Source of the DNA: Flaccisagitta enflata | Lineage: Eukaryota | Assembly: GCA_965153355.1 (NCBI GenBank) | Contig: OZ231126.1 | Location: 21,886,001-21,950,000, forward strand | Length of the DNA: 64,000 bases | Direction of reading: 5' to 3' | In this document: positions 53,576-64,000 of the stretch, piece by piece | Numbering within the stretch: the first letter of the stretch is position 1 | Layout of the letters: each line of letters begins with the position of its first letter | Notes under the pieces: model-generated | Told to the model about the DNA's origin: nothing | The model's input: the letters and a program-made list of their open reading frames with translations, nothing else | Databases searched by the model: none | Position numbers and translations under genes: made by a program

Positions 53576-53760
53576 GAGCGATATTATCATGCACGACCAA
53601 ATACACACCATGTGCTCTTGCTCTTGCTGTGGAATATTTGGACAGACAAAGAATTGAATGCGGCAAAAATGAAGTCCTGCGAAAATTCCGTTTTGTCCGG
53701 TGCGACACTACTACTGCACGATATCAGTTTGATTGCTGCACTATTCATGTTTCTCTCTGA
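53576..53760 (+). CDS. Secreted Cys-domain protein gene 2, exon 3 (six-Cys EYLDRQ domain); total 122 aa
   Basis: Acceptor CTTACTTTTTCCTAG|; RAILSCTTKYTPCALALAVEYLDRQRIECGKNEVLRKFRFVRCDTTTARYQFDCCTIHVSL*. All six Cys align with gene 1. Confidence 0.87.
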
Positions 53761-55055
53761 GTGAGAAACATGAAAAAAACTTGATGAAAGGCAAAAATGC
53801 ATAAAGCTACACACTCAGGTTCAATAACAACGTGCAGATCGCGGATGCAGCTAAAAAGGACATCACCAACAGCTTCCGCCACTACAGGGACCATAGGGGT
53901 ATCATTCTGTAGCTTGTCTCAACACAGTTTACGCCATCGAGGAAATATTTCAAGTTCACTGGTCGACACTGGACATCCCTCGGAGGATCAAAAAATCCCC
54001 CTCTTGGGGTGACTATCTTGAGGATGAAGATGCATATTTGAGGTCACTTGATCATTTGGGCAGGAGCAGTGAGGCCAAAGACCGCAAAAACAAAAAAAAA
54101 GTAAAGTGTGACGGATGAACTAACGGACGGACGGACGGACGGACCGACGGACCGACAAAGCGGGGTGTAGAGTCGCGTAGCACGCGACTAAAAATCTCCA
54201 TGTTCGCGTAAATTGTGTTAAGACAAGCTAACAAATGATACCACACATATCAATGTAGCTATGGTGACGTGACTTGCAAGGGGGGGATGCTACATCTTTT
54301 CCGCGATTTTCACGTTGTATTTTACGTGAATGTGTACTACACAAAGCATTTTGAAAGTAAATACTGTCACAAATGTGATTTGGTGATTTGGTGATTTGGT
54401 GAAGATAAAAAGAATCTTATCCGTGGTCCTATTCTCGATTTCATCCTGCCTAAGGATTTGAAGGAATAAATGATGGTTGAAAATTATCGCTTTCTTAATA
54501 ATGACAGTGCAGAAATGCAATTTTTCGCATAGACAGACAGATCATAAGGCAGAACAGCCAATTCTTTTATTCAACATCTACTAGTTCAACAAGCATTGAC
54601 CTCACTATGATTTTCCAGCTTGATCCAAGAAGATAAAATAACATTCATCATGTCCACTGATGCTGTAGTTCGGTTTACCCATGTTGAATGATTTAAAACA
54701 TTTAATTCTCATTTAAATTCCTATTCCCCTGATAAAAGTCAATGCATTTTATACACAGTAACCATCCCAGGAATCGGGTTTTTCAATCGAAATGATAGTG
54801 CTGAATTTTTGCATCGTGCCCACTTCGAGTTCAAGTTCAACTCAACCGGAAATCCGTCACTCATCTGCTTTCATACGTAAACGTAACACATAAAACCTTT
54901 CATAGCACACCCAGACTTTTGGTATTCTCTACCAAAAACAGAAGACCAAAAATGGGGTAAAAAGACAAAATGCTTATACTTGGTATTACCTTTACCAAGT
55001 CACCAGCAACAAAATCAGGTAAAAACCTGCTATTAAGGGGTTCCATTAAACCTTT

Positions 55056-55657
55056 TAGGGCAGCGGCCCCAAAGGGCCGATGTCCTGTAGGACACAGGGG
55101 TGAATTTCCAGACGTACGTCCGTACGTCCGTCCGTCCGTCCCCCCCTGAGGCCCCTCTGAGGCCCCTCTGAGGTCCCAAATCAGCCCCCTCAGGCCCAAA
55201 ATCAGACCTCTCAGGCCCAAAATCAGGCCTCCCAGGCCGAAAACTCAGCAAACTCCTAAAATCAGCCCTCCCAGGCCCAGAAATAGCTCCCTTGGGCCCA
55301 AAATAACCTTCAAAGGCCCTAAATCAGCCTTGTCAGGCCCAAAATCAACCATTTCAGGCCCTAAACCAGACCTCTCACACCTAAATTCTGTTCACTTGGG
55401 TCTCAATTCAGCCCTCAAAACAACCCTCTAAGGTATCTAATTTGCTCTCATCCCTGATCTAATTTGAGCCCTAAGACCCCCCAAATCAGATCAGCCCCTA
55501 GAATGTCCTCTCAGGACGTCTGGAAATTCACCCCTGTGTCCTACAGGACATCGGCCCTTTGGGGCCGCTGCCCTGCTCTCACCTCACTTCTTTGGCTGAT
55601 CACTTCAAGCAGGGCATCGGGTACCGCTGACCATGTGCGTTCCTTGGATGACTAGTT
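55056..55657 (+). mobile_element. HINE-like element, long-subTIR family, complete copy
   Basis: Inverted arms GGGCAGCGGCCCCAAAGGGCCGATGTCCTGTAGGACACAGGGGTGAATTTCC and its reverse complement; internal AGGCCC array; ~85-bp 3' tail ending GGATGACTAGTT. Inverted copies at about 14463, 25235 and 40487. Confidence 0.75.
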
Positions 55658-56946
55658 ACCATGTCAATTGGCCTTTAGGATCCTCTCATCAAGGCGATTC
55701 TTGAAGGAATCAAGTGACTTAGCCATTTCCAAGTCAGATCCCAACATCAAGGCTGAGATTTAGGCCTCAAGGCTGGGATTTGGGCCTAAAGGCTGGATTC
55801 TGGGCTTCCAGGCTAGGATTTGGTCCTTGAGGCAAGGATTTGGGCATCCAGGCTGGGATTTGGGCCTCGAAGCTGGGATTTGGGCCTTGAGGCTGGGATT
55901 TGAAGGGGAAAGGGAAGGAGGAGAAGAAGGAGGAGAAAACTCTGCATATGTGTGAAAGCATAGGTCATAAGTTATCATTCAAGCTTTGATATATTTTACA
56001 TTTGAAGGAAGCTATTCAAACAAAAATCTAAAAAAAAAAATCAACTAACAGATGAAGATTCAAAACAAAAACAAATCTATGAACCTAAAGAATGAGAATG
56101 AAATTTTTTTTCCAAGTATTATCATAATCAAATACTTGCCAGGTCACTGACAAAGTGGTGAAAAACTGAAAAAAAACATAATTTGACAAATTCAATGAAG
56201 ATATCAAGACTGACGATCCGACGCAAATCTGAATTCTTGGGACTTAAAGTTTGGAAGGAATTTCATTGACGAATTGGCAAACCAAATACTGCAGAGATAA
56301 ACAAAGTCTGTAAGTTTGATTTATATTCAGTACTTTCGTTCAATCTCTTATCATCTCATCTTAAAATCGATCGTAGGAGAGATGAATGAAAGTCCCCCTG
56401 TGTGCCTACAGGACTTCGTCCTCTCCACTGCCCTGGTTCCTCACACTCACAGACATCTTGGCCACAAGGCTGAGATATGGACTCCCAGACTGAGTTTTGA
56501 GGCGTTAAATGAAGAGAGAATTGGGCTTTAATGCAGTGGTGAGATGGGGACGAAGAGAAAGCAAAGAAAAAAATAGTGAGAGCCTAGGGCATTTTTAGTG
56601 GTGGACAAGCGACTCTACACCTTTCTGTCTCAGTCGGTACGTCGGTAAAAAATATTGTTGAATTTCGAGCGGTTTTTGCATTACGGCCCCTGCCCAACTG
56701 TCCGTGACTGTCTTGCCGTGAAATCGGTCTTGATGGTGACCAACAGAACCAAGCTCATATGTTGACAAATCTGGCCGTAAAGTGTCATTGATCATTGCAT
56801 TGGCAGTTGCCTTGTTTAATTTTTTGGGTAACTTCGAACATTTTATACTTATCTTTTGTTTCTAAGCAAACGGCAAAAAGACTCTAGCGGAATTTTCTGA
56901 AACACACTGTTCTTAAAAACAAAAGATAAGAGGGGTGTGTGTGTGC

Positions 56947-57053
<107 letters not shown>

Positions 57054-57159
57054 TGTGTGAGAGAGAGAGAGAGAGAGACAGCAAAGGTCATCACCAGAAA
57101 ATGAAGAAGGACAGGCCTAACCAGACCGAGCTGTGGACCGTCTCAAATATCAAGGCTGG

Positions 57160-57167
57160 GTTGTTGC

Positions 57168-57261
<94 letters not shown>
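57160..57261. repeat. (GTT)n microsatellite
   Basis: Seen directly. Confidence 0.95.
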
Positions 57262-57262
<1 letters not shown>

Positions 57263-58206
57263 TTGTTATCGTTAGTGGCCTGTAGAGACAACCTGTGCAA
57301 ATTATAAGGCCCGGGCCTGGGGGGGGGGGGGCGGAGGAGCCTAATTTGTCATAGAAATTAAGAGGAACCAGGCCTCCAAGGATCGCACATGGATCGCCAA
57401 TGGATGGTGCGGGGGGGGGGACAGACGGAAGGACGGACAGAAAGACGCACAGAAGGATGGAATGACGGATGGATGTCTGGAAATGTCTGGAAAGGATCAA
57501 CAAGTTGAATGTTGTTCTTATAACTTTCCGTTTTTGAAATATATACTACGCGAATCAATAAAAAAACCGCATTTTTGTCCCCGACGAATAGTTTTCGTCG
57601 GTGGACTATGAAGTAGCCTGTTTGTAGTAGTCTGTCCGTGAGTGAGTGAGTTTAAGACCTTCTCATATCTTTGGATCCAGACTTCAGAATTTTGTGAAAC
57701 TTTGCTGGTGTTGTTTATAGGTCAATAGGAGCATGTGTACCAATTTTCAAAAAAATTCATAAACTTTTACTACCCTTTGCCTATTATTTTTGTAGTAGTA
57801 TTTAGCTGGGACTTAGGTGGTTTACAGTTTACATTTTTGATAGCGTTTCAAAAAACCATATATTAGGTATGTATGTGTATGTAATGGAAGCTTACACTAT
57901 ATAAATGTCCGTATTTTTTCAGATTTTCTTTAAAGTTAAATGTTTCTTATTTGGATAATTGTATGAGTTTTATGTAGAATAAATTGTTGCACACATCACA
58001 TAGGTAGAGGGTAGTATAAGTATGTGAATTTTTTCATAATTTGGTATACAAGTAAAGGGTTCTAAACAAACAACCCCTGCAAAATTTGAATTAGATCTGA
58101 AGTATGGTTTATGAGATATTAGCTTATTTATGTAGGGGGAACAAATTAAGTAATGCCTCATGCTATACCAGACTTAAGAATTTTCATTGCCTGAGTCAAT
58201 ATGAGA

Positions 58207-58540
58207 GATACAACAAGAGATACAACCAAGGAGAAACAACCAGTGTGGTACAACCAGCGTGATACAACCAGCATGATACAACCAGCGCGATACAACCAGC
58301 GCGATACAACCAGCGCGATACAACCAGTGCGATACAACCAGTGCGATACAACCAGTGCGATACAACCAGCGCGATACAACCAGCGCGATACAACCAGCGC
58401 GATACAACCAGCGCGATACAACCAGCGCAAGACAACCAGCGCGATACAACCAGCGTGATACAACCAGCGCGATACAACCAGCGCAAAACAACCTGCCTGG
58501 TACAACCAGGCTGATACTACCTCTTAGGTACAACCAGGCC
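58207..58540. repeat. 14-bp minisatellite (GATACAACCAGCGC)n
   Basis: About 20 tandem units, degenerate at both edges. Confidence 0.9.
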
Positions 58541-58566
58541 CCATGCAACCTGACAGATGCAACTCC

Positions 58567-59390
58567 ACATAAGTGTCGCTTGCCCCCATAAGTGTCGCTT
58601 GTCCCCATTAAATGTCGCTTGTCCCCATTAGTGTCGCTTGTCCCCATAAGTGTTGCTTGTCCCCATAAGTGTTGCTTGTCCCCATAAGTGTTGCTTGTCC
58701 CCATAAGTGTCGCCTGTCCCCATTAAGTGTCGCCTGTCCCCATTAAGTGTCGCTTGTCCCCATTAAGTGTCGCTTGTTCCCATAAGTGTCGCTTGTCCCA
58801 ATAAGTGTCGCTTGTCCCCATAAGTGTCGCTTGTCCCCATTAGTGTCGCTTGTCCCCATTAGTGTCGCTTGTCCCCATTAAGTGTCGCTTGTCCCCATTA
58901 AGTGTCGCTTGTCCCCATTAAGTGTCGCTTGTCCCCATTAAGTGTCGCTTGTCCCCATTAAGTGTCGCTTGTCCCCATTAAGTGTCGCTTGTCCCCATTA
59001 AGTGTCGCTTGTCCCCATTAAGTGTCGCTTGTCCCCATTAAGTGTCGCTTGTCCCCATTAAGTGTCGCTTGTCCCCATTAAGTGTCGCTTGTCCCCATTA
59101 AGTGTCGCTTGTCCCCATTAAGTGTCGCTTGTCCCCATTAAGTGTCGCTTGTCCCCATTAAGTGTCGCTTGTCCCCATTAAGCGTCGCTTGTCCCCATTA
59201 AGCGTCGCTTGTCCCCATTAAGCGTTGCTTGTCCCCATTAAGCGTTGCTTGTCCCCATTAAGCGTGGCTTGTCCCCATTAAGCGTCGCTTGTCCCCATTA
59301 AGCCTTGCTTGTCCCCATTAAGCCTCGCTTGTCCCCATTAAGCCTCGCCTGTCCTCATTAAGCGTCGCCTGTCCTCATTAAGCGTCGCCT
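58567..59390. repeat. 19-20-bp minisatellite (AAGTGTCGCTTGTCCCCATT)n
   Basis: About 40 units with a perfect core at about 58880-59180; inverted degenerate units at about 60550-60610. Confidence 0.95.
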
Positions 59391-62300
59391 AGTCTTAAGT
59401 GTTAAACACATGTTTTATCTTGCCTTAAATTTTACCATTTTATTTTTACATCCTTCCCTTACGAATAATTTCAAGAAGTGATTAGGTTAATAAATTCTTT
59501 ATCAAGACATACTTTGAGAATAAGGACACCGCTTTATTCCTATGCAAGACCATTTATTCCTTGTTTATCTTGTCTCCAATCATTGATCTATGTCACCTAC
59601 CTCTTTTTCTCGTGATATTGTCCTATTACTCTTGGCGCTGCTTGTCTGGCTAGTTTTGCTTGTTTATCACTTGTTAGACTTGCCAGAGTGTTACTTCTCT
59701 TCAAAAAAAGTGTTTTTCCTTTTCCTCAACTGCTTCCTTTTCCTGAACTACGACTTGAATCATTCCCCCTCTTTCACCTCAACTACCGCCTAAATCCCAT
59801 CTTCCTCTACCCCAACTGCTGCCATAATCCCTATGACCCCAGCCCCCCTTTTACCCCAACTGCTGCCTAAATCCCATTGTCCTCTACCCCAACTGCTGCC
59901 ATAATTCCAATGACCCCAGCCCCCCTCTTTCACCCCAACTGCTGCCTAAATCCCATTGTCCTCTACCCCAACTGCTGCCAAAATCCCAATGACCCCAGCC
60001 TAAACTGTGCTCTATGCGCAGCTCAATGATCCTCACCTGCTGCCTTCTCTTTAACCTCCAACACTCCACCTGCTACTCATGTCCTGTTCTCCTTATGTAC
60101 CCCTACTGATACCTAAGCAATGTCATACTCCTCTTTCTCCCTTGTTACCTTATTACTATCTTCCCCTCTATTCTCACTACTGCCTTGGTCCCCGTTGTTT
60201 CTCGAATTTTCATCTGTTGTCCATGATGCCCCTCATTAAATATTGCCTTTACATTATTTCTTTACTCCTTGGTCAAATTGTCTTCCATCCCAACTTCTGT
60301 CATCATCCTGTTGTCATCAACCCCCATCTGTTCATTTTCATGGCATTCCGCGTCTTGATTTTTTTTTTGTAAACATTGCTTTATCATGGGTGTTTAAGAA
60401 AACTATGACTAGATAAAAAGAGAGTAAAGAGCGAGAAAAAAGATTACTGAAAGAACTGTCAAAATTTTTTTTCCATCTATGCTTCTGATTGAATGAAGCA
60501 AAAAAAAAGTACATCAATCAGAGAAATACAATGGGGAGGGGTGAGGCTTATTGGGGACAAGCGACACTAATTGGCGACAGCCAACACTTATTGGGGACAG
60601 GCGATAGGCAACAGCCCCAATGTCCCCAGTAAAATGAATAAGTCTGAAATATCTGTGATACACACAAAAATCATCATTGGAAAGCAAAATGATTTAGTTT
60701 CAACTGGGGATACCAGGGGATTTCCCCAGGGATTCTTTAAGATTTGACTTTCATATATTTCAGCAAAACCCATATTTGAATGCCCTTTTATCCGTTATGT
60801 TGACAATATTGACTTGGCATTTCCTAAAGATTTGTTTGAAAATGCCTTATTTTCCTTTTTCACATCAAGACGCTCAGAAACAATGAAATGGGTCCACTTA
60901 AATCACAGGTGGGATCGTTTCTGTTAAATACGACTGAATGGCAACACCAAATGTCAATGATCCCTATAGCAACAAGGTGGGGCTTGAGATAACGGTTGAG
61001 TAAGTACTGTTAAATTTTTGTTTCAGGAATATTTAGTGTTAAAGTGACCTCTGATTGACACAATTATTAAGAAAACCAGGCCGGATACCGAAGTCGCGTG
61101 CGGTTGGGCAAGGGCCATATTTGAGGTCATAAGACCATTTGGGCAGGAGCGGTGGGGTCCAATAATAAAATCATCCAAAGAACTGACAGACCAACTGATG
61201 GATGGAAGGGCGGACAAAGTGGGTTGTAAAGTTGCTTGCACGCAACTTAAAATGAGATGATTTGCTTTCAACCGCTAAAAATCATGCCACTATGCCTCCT
61301 TCAACAAATAATAGTTATCATATCAGTTGCATGTCCCTTACTACCCAGAACATAAGTCTTTGTTCACCTATTAACATGAATAACCCTACTTTAGAGAGTA
61401 TTTCCTGGCTGATATTTATGTCAACCAGAATGTAGGGAAGAATGTCAGCCAAGGAGACAACCCAAAATATTTCCTGACTAATATAAAAATCCAACAAGAT
61501 GTATAAAGAAAGTCAACCAAACAAGTTAACTGAAAGTGTCTCCCAGCTGCTATGAAAGTCACCAAGGATGTATAAAAAGAAGTCATCCTAATAAATCAAC
61601 CTGATATGAAAGTCAACCAAATCTATAGAGGAAAGTCAACCAAGTTGCAACCAAAAGTATGGCTTCAGGGTAAAAATGAGACCAAACAACCATTCAAAGA
61701 ATGGACAGACATGATGTGTTTTAGATCTGCAAGAATGCACCAAAAAAGACAATATGACATCATTAGTCATGACATACATACTGACCGAGTTTATAACAGT
61801 AGCACAAAAAAATGGAACAATTTTTGTATTGATATATCCAATGAGAAACAGTCAAGCTTTTCAGTTGCGGACACGCAACTCTGAGGCTTTGTCCATCCGT
61901 CTGCCTATCCATCTGTTGGTCCGTTGGTCTGTCCATGATGATCAATTTGGAACGTGTGAAAACGCGCATTACCGCCCCTGCCCACCCGTCCACAACTGGT
62001 GTTGGCCGTGTATCCGGCCTTGTTATATGGCAATTTTAAAGATTTTAGAATGTTCTTTCATTCTAGACAAATCCTTAGTCTGTATCTCAACAGTTAAAGC
62101 TTGTCAAAGTCAACTTTTTTTACAAACCCATTTACTTCAATCGGACACAATTGAATGAGGCAATGTTTTAACTCATCCTCAAGCTTGAATGACCAGCATT
62201 GTCACACTTGAAACATCTTTCGAAGAGCTTTAAAATGGTCATAAATTTTGTATACTTTGAGCTTTCAGATCAGAAGAAACAAGCAAAACAAGGTGTTCTG

Positions 62301-64000
62301 TTTTTTGTGCGCTATTGTAAGTATATAAAAAAATGGTACTGATTTACAACAAAATAACATACTTCATGTATTGATATATCATGCATGTATCTGTGTCTCT
62401 CTCTCATTATCTCCCTCTTTCTCTAGTTATGCTGCCTAAAACATCACGTAGATGGCCTATGAAGGTCCCCAAACTGTGAATCCACATATTGATAGCGGGC
62501 TTTTTTTTGGAATTCTGAAATTTGGTACTTTAATATATTTGTATAAACATTGACCTAGAAGTAGGCTTAGGTAGGCGCTATGTTAGGAATATGGTATCTT
62601 TCTAATCTCATGATACTGTTGTTAATAGTTTATTAGTAATGAATATTTTTTTATCAAACTATGACTTAAAAATATCCAAGAGAATGGTACGGCTTTTTCT
62701 TAAAACTCAGCCACAAGTTTTTTCAGCCACTGCACAGAGAGCCACTTAAGCTCGATTCCCGGCGTAAAACCAAAGGATTTTTTCAATTTTTCTATCTCAA
62801 TATTTGTTTTAATGAGGAGAGAACAAAATGGGTGTTTTATTCCGTTAGAGGGGGTTAAAACAAGGGGGTGAGTGGAAAAAAAATGAAAAGTTTTTTTTTC
62901 TCCAAGATATTGCAGTAAAAAGGGATGATGCCCTCATTGTTCCTCATCAAAAACATTTTAACACCATTGCATAGAGGAGACTGAGCACATTCCAAATATA
63001 TAAGCATATGTGCATATTAGTGCCGCTTTGGCGCTCAGAGCAGATGGAATGTCATTCTGGCAGCAATGGTTTTCAGCGACGATGTCCAGTTGAATCCCAA
63101 TCTTTCCATCAACAAGTATGGCACTGTGGGGAAGAGGAAGAGGATAAGATTAAGAAGAGTAGATGAGGAAGAGGAAAACCAAAATAAGAATAACTCTAAA
63201 AAGGCACGGTGCATAGGCTGCTCATGAAGGTGGCGCCTTCATAAGTCACTCACCTTTGGTTGGAGAAGTTCTGAGTTCGATTCTCATCTGACACCTACAC
63301 CTTTGATTCTCAAAATTCTGCCCCAATGAAAAATAAATGTAAATTACAAGATTCGAACTCAGAACCTTGCCGGCAAAAAGCAAAGGTGTAACCACTAGTC
63401 CATCCCGGTTTCTTAGCAATTGCCGCAATCAAATTGTCTTATTCTAAAATGGCAGCAAGGTCTTCTCTTAAGTTGTTCTTATTTTTTTCATTGCAAACTC
63501 TTGTAGTTGATTGGAGTGCCCTCCTCAGTCAATGAGATGCATAAATAAATCTTAGACATAAGGAAACTGCTCAGTAAATTCTTCTGTGTTATAGTGTGCA
63601 CTGTTTGTCTCGTTTCAATTGCATAAATTCAGCAAACAAAAACTTGTTCTGCACTGGGATGAAAGATCGCTGCCTGGTTTCCACTTTCATACTTTTTTGA
63701 AATGTTGATTTCTCTTGAGATATCTGCATGAAATTTTAAACATGTTATATTCATATATAAGACCGCTCACGGACAATTATTCAGTGTAGTCCTGACAGGT
63801 AAACATGCCAAAACTTTAATGAATTTCATGTTTTTGTGATCGCTGTACCACTACGATCTATGAGAGATTCAACCAGAAAGTCTATGAAATATGCAACAAG
63901 TCTGAGAGACACAACCAGGAAGTCTACAAGAGAGACAACCATTGGTTGTATTCTGCTTTCTCTGGTTAAATTTTTCTGGTTTAAAGTCTCTTGTTGACTT

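Noticed and set aside
53810-54035. Coding-looking stretch downstream of gene 2 (minus strand, hydrophobic)
   Set aside because: In-frame stops, no recognisable motif and no supported splice partners.
56747-56827. Exon-like segment YVDKSGRKVSLIIALAVALFNFL resembling MFS transporter motif A
   Set aside because: Short, weak splice context (HINE directly upstream), and no compatible neighbouring exons found; could be chance or a remnant.
57091-57503. Poly-Asn/Thr/Leu ORFs
   Set aside because: Produced by the (GTT)n microsatellite; no convincing exon boundaries.
58567-59390. CRISPR-like array
   Set aside because: Units are directly adjacent with no unique spacers and no cas genes, in a eukaryotic context; it is a minisatellite.

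Overview
This is AT-rich, intron-containing eukaryotic (probably invertebrate animal) DNA dominated by non-autonomous transposons and microsatellites. Three intact spliced host genes can be reconstructed by hand, all on the + strand. (1) A 2-exon, 383-aa rhodopsin-like GPCR (12802-19357) with a pure (CAA)31 polyglutamine tract in intracellular loop 1 and a non-canonical DRY position. (2,3) A tandem pair of paralogous 3-exon genes (44017-47311, 148 aa; 49939-53760, 122 aa) that the ORF track does not assemble. They encode small secreted proteins: signal peptide, helical neck, then a six-cysteine 'EYLDRQ' domain. Retroelements include a Penelope-like RT with no C-terminal endonuclease (1-962), a CRE/NeSL-type endonuclease tail split by a Transib-like MITE, and a young 5'-truncated APE-type LINE. 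That LINE sits inside an unusual A-B-A-B-A composite element bounded by a 4-bp TSD (34478-39354). The rest is nested hAT-like (8-bp TSD), TA-TSD and Helentron-associated (HINE/DINE-1-like) elements and minisatellites. Most short ORFs in the track are repeat artefacts. All calls are by eye; no database searches were run.
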